A DNA stretch of 63,469 nt, counting the filler, from Octopus bimaculoides (lineage: Eukaryota), in NCBI RefSeq assembly GCF_001194135.2. It is 6 parts of 6 records of this genome, joined end to end, with 100 filler letters (N's around TTAATTAATTAA, not from the genome) between each part and the next. Parts side by side here need not be neighbours in the genome. Positions count along the whole stretch, not along the records: positions 41,079 to 56,011 come from NC_068992.1; positions 56,112 to 62,347 come from NC_068985.1; positions 62,448 to 63,469 come from NW_026306448.1; 3 more parts are not named here. One strand, given 5' to 3'. A model generated the notes under the pieces. That model had not been told where the DNA came from and did no database searches. It saw only the letters and a program-made list of their open reading frames with translations. Position numbers and translations under genes: made by a program. Of the stretch, positions 53,055-63,469 are shown piece after piece. How positions within the stretch are numbered: the stretch's first letter is position 1; the number at the start of each line of letters is the position of its first letter.

Positions 53055-54606
53055 AGGTTTTTAAACTACATCAGCAAATTAACATTGCTGGTTGAATAAG
53101 TCTTTAATGCAGTGGGTTTGGTTGTGTTAGAACTACCATGGAAGTTTGAACTATAAATTTATATTTAACATTAATTATTTCGCATCATCTGTAAAATTTG
53201 CGATTTCGAAAAGTTCCGCTTTTCATGAAAATAAATTTTGCTTTTTACACGTTTGTTTCAGCTTGTCAAACACACTAATTGGAACAACAGATGAGGAAGC
53301 CACTAAGTCAGGAATCGGAAAACAGGAATAAATTATGGTAACTGGATACAAATTAAAATTGAAGATATTTCACGGAGGCCAGTTTTCTCGGAGCCACAGT
53401 CATGACTGTTAAATTATAAAGCAAAGAGATACTTGCATTGCTTCACAATTTCTACTGATACCTTTTTCTGCATTATATATTTGCATGCATACATACATGC
53501 ATGCATTCATACACACATACATACATACATATATATATACATACATACATACATATGTATGTGTATGTGTTTGTTTGAATCTTTGTATACACCCTCGTAA
53601 CATAGCGGTTCAACAAAGATATCGATAAAATAGAACAAAAATTAGAACAAAACTGTTTTTGATACATATTTTCATGTCGAAGGAGGATTTAGTTTCTTGA
53701 AAATTACTAATCACACATTTATATTTCATATATAATATGATAAATTAATGAAAAATAAAACAACTAACAAAAGGTCTTGTTCTCAGCTTGAAAAATGGCA
53801 AAATAAATGATTATTTTTTCGACAAGAAAACCCTAGGTACCTGTATTTAATAAGGTTTGTCGTTTTTTTAAAAATTAAAGCATTAAAAATGTAATACTAA
53901 TATAATGACAAGCTAATTGACACGAAAAGATATTTCTTGTTACAGTATAATCTTTTAAATTCGAGGATCGAGTGACCATTATTTGCTAAAATAGATGTTG
54001 GAAAGAATTGATATAAATCTTTTCTTAATATCTTGTTATGAAAAATATATTGGCAGCTTTTAAAAGTGCTTGCACACCTGGAGATCAGTTTGATAATTCA
54101 CAAAATTATGAAAACCAGTATCCAAGATGACCAAAGAATAATGTCTTCAATTATATATAAATTCTTTTTAAGTAAAATTGAAAGATCTAGAAATCTTCAA
54201 CATTATCTTCATATGTTGCATGTTTGGTTTCTCTGTTTGTTTTTTTTCGTTGTTCGAAAAAAGTTCGTTTTCTGCTTTCGTTTTTGTGTTTTCGTTTTTC
54301 ATTGTGTTTAACGTTATTGTGATGTTCTGTACACGTATATGCATGTATGTATACATGCATATATTTATATATTATTTATATCATACACACACACACACAC
54401 ACACATATATATANNNNNNNNNNNNNNNNNNNNNNNNNNNNNNNNNNNNNNNNNNNNNNNNNNNNNNNNNNNNNNNNNNNNNNNNNNNNNNNNNNNNNNN
54501 NNNNNNNNNNNNNNNNNNNNNNNNNNNNNNNNNNNNNNNNNNNNNNNNNNNNNNNNNNNNNNNNNNNNNNNNNNNNNNNNNNNNNNNNNNNNNNNNNNNN
54601 NNNNNN

Positions 54607-54647
<41 letters not shown>

Positions 54648-55690
54648 TTAAAGCATGTAGTTATAGAAAATCGGAACAATGCGAGAAGGTTCAAAGAAAG
54701 CTACAAAATGAAAAGGAAACGGAACAAAGATGCAGTTTTACCTTGTATTTCTATATTTCGGGATGAAGACCCCTTCTTCATGACATGGTTGGAAAGAGTT
54801 TGTTGCTCAGATGTGTGGGGAAGAGGGAAAGGGGAATAGGGGAATATGTGTATGGGGAAGAGGTATATGTGTATGCTTGTGGATGTGTAATAGAACTGTA
54901 TTCACAAATTAAATAATATACGCATATACATTTGAATTTACTCTCAAATATATCGTCACGACTGTGTATCTGTACGTATGCATGCGTGTATATATTGCGT
55001 GATGTGCTTATATGTGATTGTGTATGCATGTATGTTTGTTGGTGTGCAGGTATGCATGAATCTCTCACCTTCCTAATCATCCTTATTGTGTGAATTTCAA
55101 AGCGGTGTCTATCTATATTGATTGATCATCGATCATGTCGATTTTCCCTACTGTAAATTACAGTGATACTTTCGCCCATTGAAAATAATGATTTATCTTA
55201 TTCTTTCTATTTAAATATTTCCATTCATCTCTTGTGTGCTGTCAGCGTTAAAGCAATATTTGTAAACAATATACTCAATGTATGGCATTAGTTCATAAAA
55301 CAACAAGATATAAACTGTGTCCTACATATAGGTTTGTTTGCTTCAACACGAGATTTATATCTTCTTCGATATGACATATATTCTGGACAATGAGAATCTT
55401 TCTTCCCTTTTCATGATTTTACAGTTGAAACGTGAGCAAGAAAATTATTCATCAAAGTAACGACTTCTGCATTTCAAGCATATTTATTGCAATCATTCTT
55501 CATCATGCCATCTTTTCCAACCCAATTCTAGGCACAATACTACATACCTTACTCGCATCTTACTCGCGCACACAGAACCAGGAACAGATAGATAGATACG
55601 TACATAAATACATACATACATACATACATACATACATACATACATACATACACAAAAACACACACACATACAGAAATTTTAGAAATATAT

Positions 55691-56011
55691 GTTGTTGTTG
55701 GCACTCCGTCCCTTACGACGTCGAGGGTTCCAGTTGATCCTAGCAACGGAACAGCCTGCTCGTGAAATTAACGTGCAAGTGGCTGAGCACTCCACAGACA
55801 CGTGTACCCTTAACGTAGTTCTCGGGGATAATAAGCGTGACACAGTGGGACAAGGCGGACCCTTTTGAATTACAGGCACAACAGAAACAGGAAGAAAGAG
55901 TGAGAGAAAGTTGTGGTGGAAGAGTACAGCAGGGTTCGACACCATCCCCTGCCGGAGCCTCATGGAGCTTTAGGTGTTTTCGCTCAATAAACACTCACAA
56001 CGCTCGATCTG
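55691..56011 (-). mobile_element. SINE family A, truncated at a join spacer
   Basis: Reverse complement of about 48580-48897. Confidence 0.95.
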
Positions 56012-56111
56012 NNNNNNNNNNNNNNNNNNNNNNNNNNNNNNNNNNNNNNNNNNNNTTAATTAATTAANNNNNNNNNNNNNNNNNNNNNNNNNNNNNNNNN
56101 NNNNNNNNNNN
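56012..56111. other. synthetic scaffold-join spacer
   Basis: 44N+TTAATTAATTAA+44N. Confidence 0.95.
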
Positions 56112-56332
56112 ACAGAGGAAGAACAAGAGGGGTAAGGCGAGATACGTAGTAGTACAGAGGAAGAACGAGGGGGGGGGGAGAAAGGAAAGAGAAAGAGATA
56201 GAGTAGCGTCGGAGGATAAGTTTACGAACTACTTACAATTTTTGTGAGACGCTGCGTTCAATCATGTAAAAACAAAAGTAAATGAGTATATGCATATATA
56301 CGTACAGGTATGTGCATACCGACATCCACATA

Positions 56333-56364
<32 letters not shown>

Positions 56365-56829
56365 ATATATATATATATATATAAGCATATACATATATAT
56401 ATTCATATACACACACACACACTCACGCATACACACACTCATATATATTCTAGCATACGTTGACTTCTACCGATTAAAAATCACACACACACATATATAT
56501 ATACATGTATGTATGCATGCATATATACGTACGCGTACATGTGGGAGTGGATTTCTTGTACGCATATGTATACACACATGTACACATGTGTTGCAAGCGT
56601 GGAAAGGGGATGGTAATCTATATTTACATTAACGCTCCCCGACGTCCCTCTCGTACACCGCTCCCCCAACCTTTTTTCAATAATGAATTCCATCTCTCCA
56701 GGATTCCAAGACCATTAGATATATTATTGTAGATGTCTTCATATTCTCCATGTCAGCAGGATGTAGGCAATAAAGCTTTTTTCCTTTATTTTTAATAAGA
56801 CCCATTAATTACTGTGGACCTCATACTTA

Positions 56830-57450
56830 GATGTAGTGGCGGCAAGGATGGTTCAGGCGGTGGTGGTGGTCGTGGTCGTGGCTGTAGTGGAAGTGGTGGG
56901 AGTGCTAGTGTGACGGTGATGATAGTATGATGGTGATGGTGGTAGTGGTGGTGGTGGTGGTGGAGTAGCAGTGGTGATGTGCTTACTATTGTTGTTGTTG
57001 GTGATGATGTAAGTGCTGGTGGCGGTGTAAACGTTGATGGTAGTGGTGGTGGTGGTGGCGTTAGAGTTGTGGTGGTGTTAGTGGTGGTGGTAGTAATGAT
57101 GGTAGTAGTGCTCAAGATAGATGGTAGCGGTGGCGGTGTAGTGGTGGTGGTAATGGCAGTGGTGGTGGTGGTGGTGGTGACGGTGCTGTTAGCCTGGTGA
57201 TGGTGGTGGTGCTGCTGCTGGAGTTGTTGCTATAGTGCTTTAATTCCAAGTCAGCCCTTATTAAGAAGACCTACAATCAAAACGTATTCCGAATGTGACC
57301 ATCCCTTCCCATCTCACGCTTTTCTTATATGCATGGAAGAGCCGAGCGACATTAACCAACGTGTTTTTTAAAACGGTAGGACGAAAACTGAGGGTGATTG
57401 GCTGTTATTTCTACAGAGTCAAGTGATCATGTAGGTTCTGTCGGTCATTG
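56830..57450 (-). mobile_element. family D remnant (57235-57450) with expanded (GGT)n tail
   Basis: Same motifs and same arrangement as 7504-8030. Confidence 0.5.
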
Positions 57451-57632
57451 ACCCAGTGGAGGTGTTCATTTTAGTAGATGGCGTGGATGGAGTGTCTTGG
57501 TGATGTTGGAGAGAGTGTGGGGGGGTTGGTGTATGCGTTGCAAGTGGTGCTCTTAGCTTCCAATAATGGCCTCTGGTCTTTCGGTTGCTAAAAATCATTC
57601 AACTATTGTCATGTCGGTGCAGTGTCAACAGG

Positions 57633-57633
<1 letters not shown>

Positions 57634-57695
<62 letters not shown>

Positions 57696-57710
57696 ACAAC
57701 AACAACAACA

Positions 57711-57773
<63 letters not shown>

Positions 57774-58030
57774 GCTGCTACTACTGCTAGCTGTCAGTAA
57801 CAGCGACAACAACAATACCAAATATACAAGCAAGGGTTGTGGCAACAGTAAAAAAAATAAATAAATAAAAAAACAACAACATAACTGCAAAGAAAGGTAA
57901 TGTTGATGATGATGATGATGATGATGTTGATGATGATGACTACGGCGAAAGAGAAGAGGAAGATGAAGAAGAGAAGACGGAGAAAAAGACGAAAAGGAAG
58001 GGGGATGAGGAGACGAAAACGAAGGCGAGA

Positions 58031-58068
<38 letters not shown>

Positions 58069-58113
58069 ATAGTAGTAGCAGCAGCAGCAATAAACAACAG
58101 CAACAACAACAAT

Positions 58114-58146
<33 letters not shown>

Positions 58147-58190
58147 AATAATAATAATAATGATGATAATAATAATCACTGCAACTACTT
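57634..58190. repeat. compound triplet repeats (CAA)(CAG)(CTA)(CTG), (GAT), (AGT), (TAA)
   Basis: Direct. Confidence 0.95.
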
Positions 58191-59117
58191 AATAACAACA
58201 AAATGTCAGCCATAAGATGGCAATATAATTTGCGGTGTTGGAATAGAAACCTAAATGGTCGCAGTATGTGGTCTAACGAGATTTTAGCATGAAATTTCCA
58301 TTACGCTGGAGACAACAGAAGTGGGGACCTGTTGAGCCATTATCTCAAGAGAATTGAGACTATTTATCGTGACTCATGGGAAGACATCACTTACAAGTCA
58401 GTCCAAATATCTGAGATATTTCATACCGGAACAATCTTCTATGTAAGTAAGTAGTTTGAAAAAACATAGGTTCCTATATATTGTGATATACTGAAGATCT
58501 AACCCTGGTTCTTTTGGCCTCTTTACTATAATTAACAAATATTTTTCGAAGTTCTTACTGTCTTTAAAGTAGGTTCTACACGAATCAACAAGGAAGTGCT
58601 CTCATAATCGCTGGACTTGTCAAAAAGACGGTAAAATCTCCATTAAAATATTACTTATCGTCTTTAAAGTGATGTCCGAGCAAATCTTTAAGAAAGACAC
58701 GTTCAAATTTTACTTTGTAGCTCTTAGTCGATTTAAGTAGAAACCACATAGATATGTGTAGGAGGTTCAAAGTAATAGTCTGATCTGTCCAACACGAGAG
58801 CCAAACTAATCTATAAACACTGTATTGTTGATGACATATCTTAATTGATGACATATTTAAATTCTGTGACGACTATGTTAATTTCAGGTACACTAAGCAG
58901 CCTTGAATGAAATATAGGTGTGTTAAACCATACTTAACATGTTTGTGTATACTCGGACGTGGGAAAATATACACTGCAGAAATTGTTTCGAGAGTAATAT
59001 TATTTTTATAAACAATATATGTGTAAAAAACACCGCATTAGGTTATGAATGACGTCAATGGACCGTAGGACGCATGTATTTCTGCGTTGTTGCGTGTCGT
59101 CAGCTACGGATAATTCA

Positions 59118-59375
59118 GGTAAAGGTAAAGATATATTTTCGAGTCATACTGACTCATAATGGCTAGTTTCCCGGTTTAACGGCGTATATATTCCCCACCT
59201 AGACGAGACGCCGGTCCGTCGCGGGATTACTCATTTTTGCCAGCTGAGTGAACTGGAGCAACGTGAAGAGAAGTGTTTTGCTCAAGAACATAACGCGTCA
59301 CCCGGTCTAAGAATCAAAACCGCAATCTTACGATCATGAGTCGAACTCTCTAACTACTAAGCCACGCGTTTCTAC
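59118..59375 (-). mobile_element. SINE family E (tRNA head, CORE-like body, gcgacggaccggcg-type tail)
   Basis: Head and gttcttgagcaa.acact...cacgttgctcc.gttcactcagctg body shared with 61289-61628. Tail related to 4936-5035. Confidence 0.8.
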
Positions 59376-59599
59376 TCAGCTTCGGATATCAAGTTGTTCA
59401 GAGCCACTAAGAAAAGGTAGAAAGCTTTTGTCTAAATGGTTGTACAAAACTGTATTTCATTAAATGCTATTTAGTGCGACACTAATAAATTTTAGCTTCA
59501 CAAAGCTTTGCACACATCAGCAAACGTGCCATTTACTGTTCTAATTTAAGGACAACTATTATTAAGTAATTATGAACAACGTTTCAGTATCTGCAGCTG

Positions 59600-60480
59600 A
59601 AGACATACGAATGCATGGTTTCTACACTCCAGTGGCATCATTCATAATCGATTGGCGCGTTTTTCACACATTCTGTCCATAAGGAAACAATTCGGAAGGA
59701 TATTCTTTCCATCCCCTAATGTACACGAGCAGTTTAAATATAGCTGTACACACTTATATGATGACAACAGCTCTTCGTTGGATTTTTCATTGATATAGTT
59801 TTTGCTGTGACTTTTCTTTCGAATGTCTTAGTTAAACATTCTAAAACCCCATTTTCACATTAGTCATTACGCTAATGTTTTCTATTCCACTCACAACAGT
59901 GAGTTACAGCAGCCCCTGTTTTATATTCGTTATCTTCCTTGAAGACAGAAAGCAGTTTTATTCATATTAGTAACCATTTTGCATTATAAGCCCTAGTTTA
60001 ACCAGATAACCAGATATTTCTGTAGCCTTACAGTATTTTCTAATAATTTTCTAGTTGCAGAAGGCCTCTAACTCATTATTTTCGTTGTAAGTATATTTTT
60101 ATGTTGGCTTTTGAAGCAGTCATTATCTTTTCCCTGTATCTTTGTCAAGGTTAATTACTTTATATTCCAGCTGAGAATATGACTATAGCTGTAACCTATT
60201 ACTGGAATTACTAAAATATTGATGACTATTGCCTAGGTTTTATCTAGTTCACTCTATTCTACGGCGTCAGTTTTACTGTTGCTTAACTTTTCATTATTGT
60301 ACTCTAATTCCTTTAAACCAAAACATCTAACTATGTTTTATCTACTTCTCTTGTCTCTGTTTCTTTATCAAGCATGATATAGGTATTGTTTATTAATTCT
60401 CCTTTCTTAAAGATTTCTCTGGCTTGCTTTACGAAAACGAATTTCATTTCATCTCCTTTGGAGATTTATTCCTTGTCTTT
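59600..60480 (-). pseudogene. heavily decayed R4/Dong-like RT C-terminal region
   Basis: Fragments AIVINILVIPVIGYSY and IYLQRK..VRGLLQLENY (cf. AIN..A.PV..YSF and RLYLPRKEGGRGLLQLE). Many stops. Confidence 0.55.
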
Positions 60481-60779
60481 ATCGATCTCCAGTTGTCATC
60501 TTCAACGTGGTAGCTGGAGGAAGTCCATATAGAAAACGTAATTGATTGTTATTTCAAAGCATTTGCATTTGAGTTCACTCAGGTTTAACGTGTTGGCTAA
60601 AGATATTAACGCCAGGGAGAAAAGGAGAGAAGATAAAGAGTCCCTTTGGAACATATCCCCTTTAATAAAGGAAGAGATTTATTTTTTATAACACTCTATT
60701 CTATTTGTAAGTGCAGAATTGTTAGCCATTTATACATGTGACATGTACTTACTGTTAACGCTACCTTAGTTACGCGTAA

Positions 60780-61730
60780 TAATTCAAGAATCTTTGGGTG
60801 CTGAACATCTCCAAGAGTATCTGGGTTTGCATTAATGCTAGATTTCGTGTGAATGTTAGGGTTAGAGTTATACACATTCTTGGGGTTTCTTTAAAGGTCA
60901 GGGATCAGGGTTAGAATTTGGAATAAGTGCTAAGATAATAATTAGGGTTTGAGTTAATGTTAGTATTAAGGTTAATATTAGAGTTAGTATTTCAATTGAG
61001 ATTACACTTAAACTTAGGGTTAGTGTCAGGATAAAAGTGAAGAATATGGTGAAATTTTGGGCTAGATATACTTTCAGGTTTAGAGTTATGGCTTTAGAGT
61101 AATGGTTAGCTTTACCTTTAGGATAACAAGAAACTTTAGTTCTCAATTTAAGATTATTGCTAGGGTTAGGCTAAGTATAAAGGTTGGATTGAATGTAGGT
61201 TTTGGGGAAGATTTAAAATCGGGTTAGTGTTAGGATTAGGAATAAATTTAGGGTAGGTATGGATGTAAATCAGGATTAGGTTATAGTTGCATAACACTCG
61301 GTGGTTAGAGAGTTGGGCTCACAGTCATGAAGTAGTCAGTTCGATTCCCGGACCGGACTGTGTGCTGTGTTCTTGAGCAAGACACTTTATTTCACGTTGC
61401 TCCGCTTCACTCAGCTGTAGAAATGTTTTGCAATGTCACTGGTGCCAAGATTTGTCGGCCTTTGCCTTTCCCTTGGATAACATCGGTGGCATGGAGAGGA
61501 GAGGTTGGTATACATGGGCGACTGCTGGTCTTGCATAAATGACTTTGCCTTGACTTGTGCCTCGGTGGAGAACTTTCTAGGTGCAATCCCATTGTCATTC
61601 ATGACCGAAGGAGGTCCTTACACTTTACATATAAAGTAAATTTCAAGGTTTGGTGTTAGGGTTTCTGATATGTTTAGGTCGAGATTTAGATTTTAATTAA
61701 GGTTTGCCAATCAAAGATGAAGTTAAGTTA
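60780..61730 (+). repeat. degenerate interstitial (TTAGGG)n-like array interrupted by a SINE
   Basis: 6-bp periodic ttaggg/ttagag/ttagtg variants, resuming after the SINE at 61630. Confidence 0.75.
61289..61628 (+). mobile_element. SINE family E with a different tail
   Basis: ggtggttagag...gttcgattccc A/B boxes, CORE-like body, tail unlike that of 59118. Confidence 0.85.
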
Positions 61731-62133
61731 ATATACTGTGATAAGAATTGCTTTCGATTTCCATGTGAGATGATTGTCCATGGAGGATGCTGCTATCATA
61801 CGTGCGCTGTATACGTAGGTTTAGATCAATGAAGTAAAGATCACAATGACCATGGTTTGCGAGGGATTCCAGTGCTTTAACAACACTCTTTTTACGAGAT
61901 GTTTCAGTGGTAGTCGTTATTTTGCCAGAGGATAGCCCTGATTGAAACGATCGGTGTTCAAAGGCTTACATCGACGCATGTATGCATAAATGCATGCATA
62001 TATGCATACATGCAAGCAAGCATTCAGGTATATATACAGGTTGACATGCATGCATAGATTGATTCATAGATTGATAAACACATACATACATGACCAATGC
62101 GTACAGATTTACATGCATGCATAGAATAGATTC

Positions 62134-62176
<43 letters not shown>

Positions 62177-62179
62177 CAT

Positions 62180-62347
62180 TTCTTTTATTAGCCACACAGG
62201 GCTCAACGAAGATGGGACAAATACAATGTAGAGCTTTTCTTTTTGGGATGGGGAAGGAAGAAAAAAAAGGGGTGGTGTCGATCAAAAGGGATCGTAGGAA
62301 GGGAAAAAGGGGGAGTTCGATCAAAAGGGATCGAGAAAAAAAAAAAA
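62180..62347 (-). mobile_element. probable LINE 3' UTR end
   Basis: Starts ttcttttatt (poly(A) signal on the minus strand) next to (TAGA)n. Contains an internal direct repeat tcgatcaaaagggatcg x2. Confidence 0.35.
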
Positions 62348-62447
62348 NNNNNNNNNNNNNNNNNNNNNNNNNNNNNNNNNNNNNNNNNNNNTTAATTAAT
62401 TAANNNNNNNNNNNNNNNNNNNNNNNNNNNNNNNNNNNNNNNNNNNN
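62348..62447. other. synthetic scaffold-join spacer
   Basis: 44N+TTAATTAATTAA+44N. Confidence 0.95.
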
Positions 62448-62550
62448 AGGAATGAGAACCCAGGTTCGAAATTTCCTCAAGACACCCGATGAAGGCTTAA
62501 GCATATATCGTTGTGTTAACAAACAAGATGAAGAGAAATATCCGTCAAAT
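62448..62550 (+). mobile_element. second Penelope-like family terminal remnant with decayed hammerhead
   Basis: GACAC-CCGAUGA-AGGC...CGUU-GUGUU. Stem I, a near-canonical core and a GUU site are present, but GAAA is missing. Confidence 0.45.
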
Positions 62551-62804
62551 GTAAAGAATGTAAACAAATTTAATTTCTTAGCTTCAAAAACACATGCAGA
62601 CAACGTATGGACAACACACGGACTCCACTCACACAGGATATAATTTGTGATGGTGTCAAGCGAAATAGTGAATGAGAGTTAGAGAATATAGTTATTATTT
62701 TAACAGTTTATGTTAATAGTTGGAAACATTTTTTTTCGCTTTTGTTAATAATTTCCCGTTTTTTAATCCTTCACATCAATTTGGAAAATGTTTAATATCG
62801 AAAA

Positions 62805-62970
62805 ATATCGTGCTGAAGTCGATTACATCGACCCCAGTGTTCAATCTGGGGCTTATTATATCAACTCCGAAAAGGTAAAAAAACAAAATCGACCTCAATG
62901 AAATTTGAATATGAAGACGGGCGAAATGACGCTAAGACTTTGATCCAGCGTCCTAACTATTCTGCCAGTT
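62805..62970 (-). mobile_element. SINE family C, diverged
   Basis: gtcgattacatcgaccccagtg...atcgacctc...aatttgaa. Confidence 0.8.
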
Positions 62971-63317
62971 TTCCGCTATACCCTTGGTCATAATTCTTGG
63001 CATCAATGAATGTAGAATTACTTATCTTCCATAAAGCTCGTCACGTATCGCGTACTTCTGGAAGCCTTATTTTTCCGCCACTAATAAGATCTGGAAAAAT
63101 GGCATGCATAAATAATTATAATTTAAGTTGTGCGAATTCTCTTGGTGCTTGTACGAAGTGATGAATTTAACACTAAATTTAAAGAGAGAAATATTTATTA
63201 CCTCAAAATGAAATGGAAATTTTTACTTGTATATTTTATTTACAATAAATATACGGTATTATATATCTCAGTTTTATCAATATAAGATTAATAAAATCTA
63301 TTGTGCGCCTATCTAGT

Positions 63318-63469
63318 CTTTTATTCTTTGATTTGCTTCAGTCATTTGACTGCGGCCGTGCAGGAACACCGCCTTTAGTCGAGCAAATCGGCCCCCGAAC
63401 CGCTAAGTGACGGGGACGTAAACACATCAGCATCGGTTGTCAAGTATGTTGGGGGAGACAAACACAGAC
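63318..63469 (-). mobile_element. SINE family B, 3' part with internal deletion
   Basis: Match to 12017-12210; runs off the window end. Confidence 0.9.

Noticed and set aside
58290-58450. Open frame ending at a strong donor TAT|GTAAGT
   Set aside because: The only good acceptor is followed by an in-frame stop, and no homolog was recognised.
59050-59057. Perfect CRE palindrome TGACGTCA; also a CTCF-like AGGTGGCGC near 52649
   Set aside because: Isolated short motifs are expected by chance in 63 kb, and another TGACGTCA lies inside a mariner remnant.

Overview
Repeat-dominated, AT-rich animal genomic DNA. The SINE repertoire, very high microsatellite load and TTAGGG-type repeats fit an octopus or other coleoid cephalopod; this is an inference. 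There are many N gaps and five identical 100-bp synthetic spacers (44N+TTAATTAATTAA+44N) that split the window into six segments of unproven contiguity. I found no confidently identifiable host gene, tRNA, rRNA or CRISPR array. Almost all listed ORFs are translations of microsatellites, N runs or SINEs. Supported content: (1) about 40 copies or fragments of tRNA-derived SINE-like families, called A-F here as working labels; (2) decayed non-LTR retrotransposons: R4/Dong-like RLE fragments, a HERO/NeSL-like RLE end and an RTE RT fragment; (3) mariner remnants and two ~190-bp mariner MITEs; (4) an apparently complete ~2.36-kb non-autonomous Helitron with an internal inverted repeat; (5) three Penelope-like terminal remnants with hammerhead-ribozyme-like motifs. 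Two of those motifs share a non-canonical core (CWGUUGAA) and are the best candidate for something undescribed. Also notable: a repeat-free promoter-like island at 2.9-3.6 kb with small ORFs, modular head/tail shuffling among SINEs, and a triplet-microsatellite-associated retrotransposon hotspot at 38.6-41 kb.
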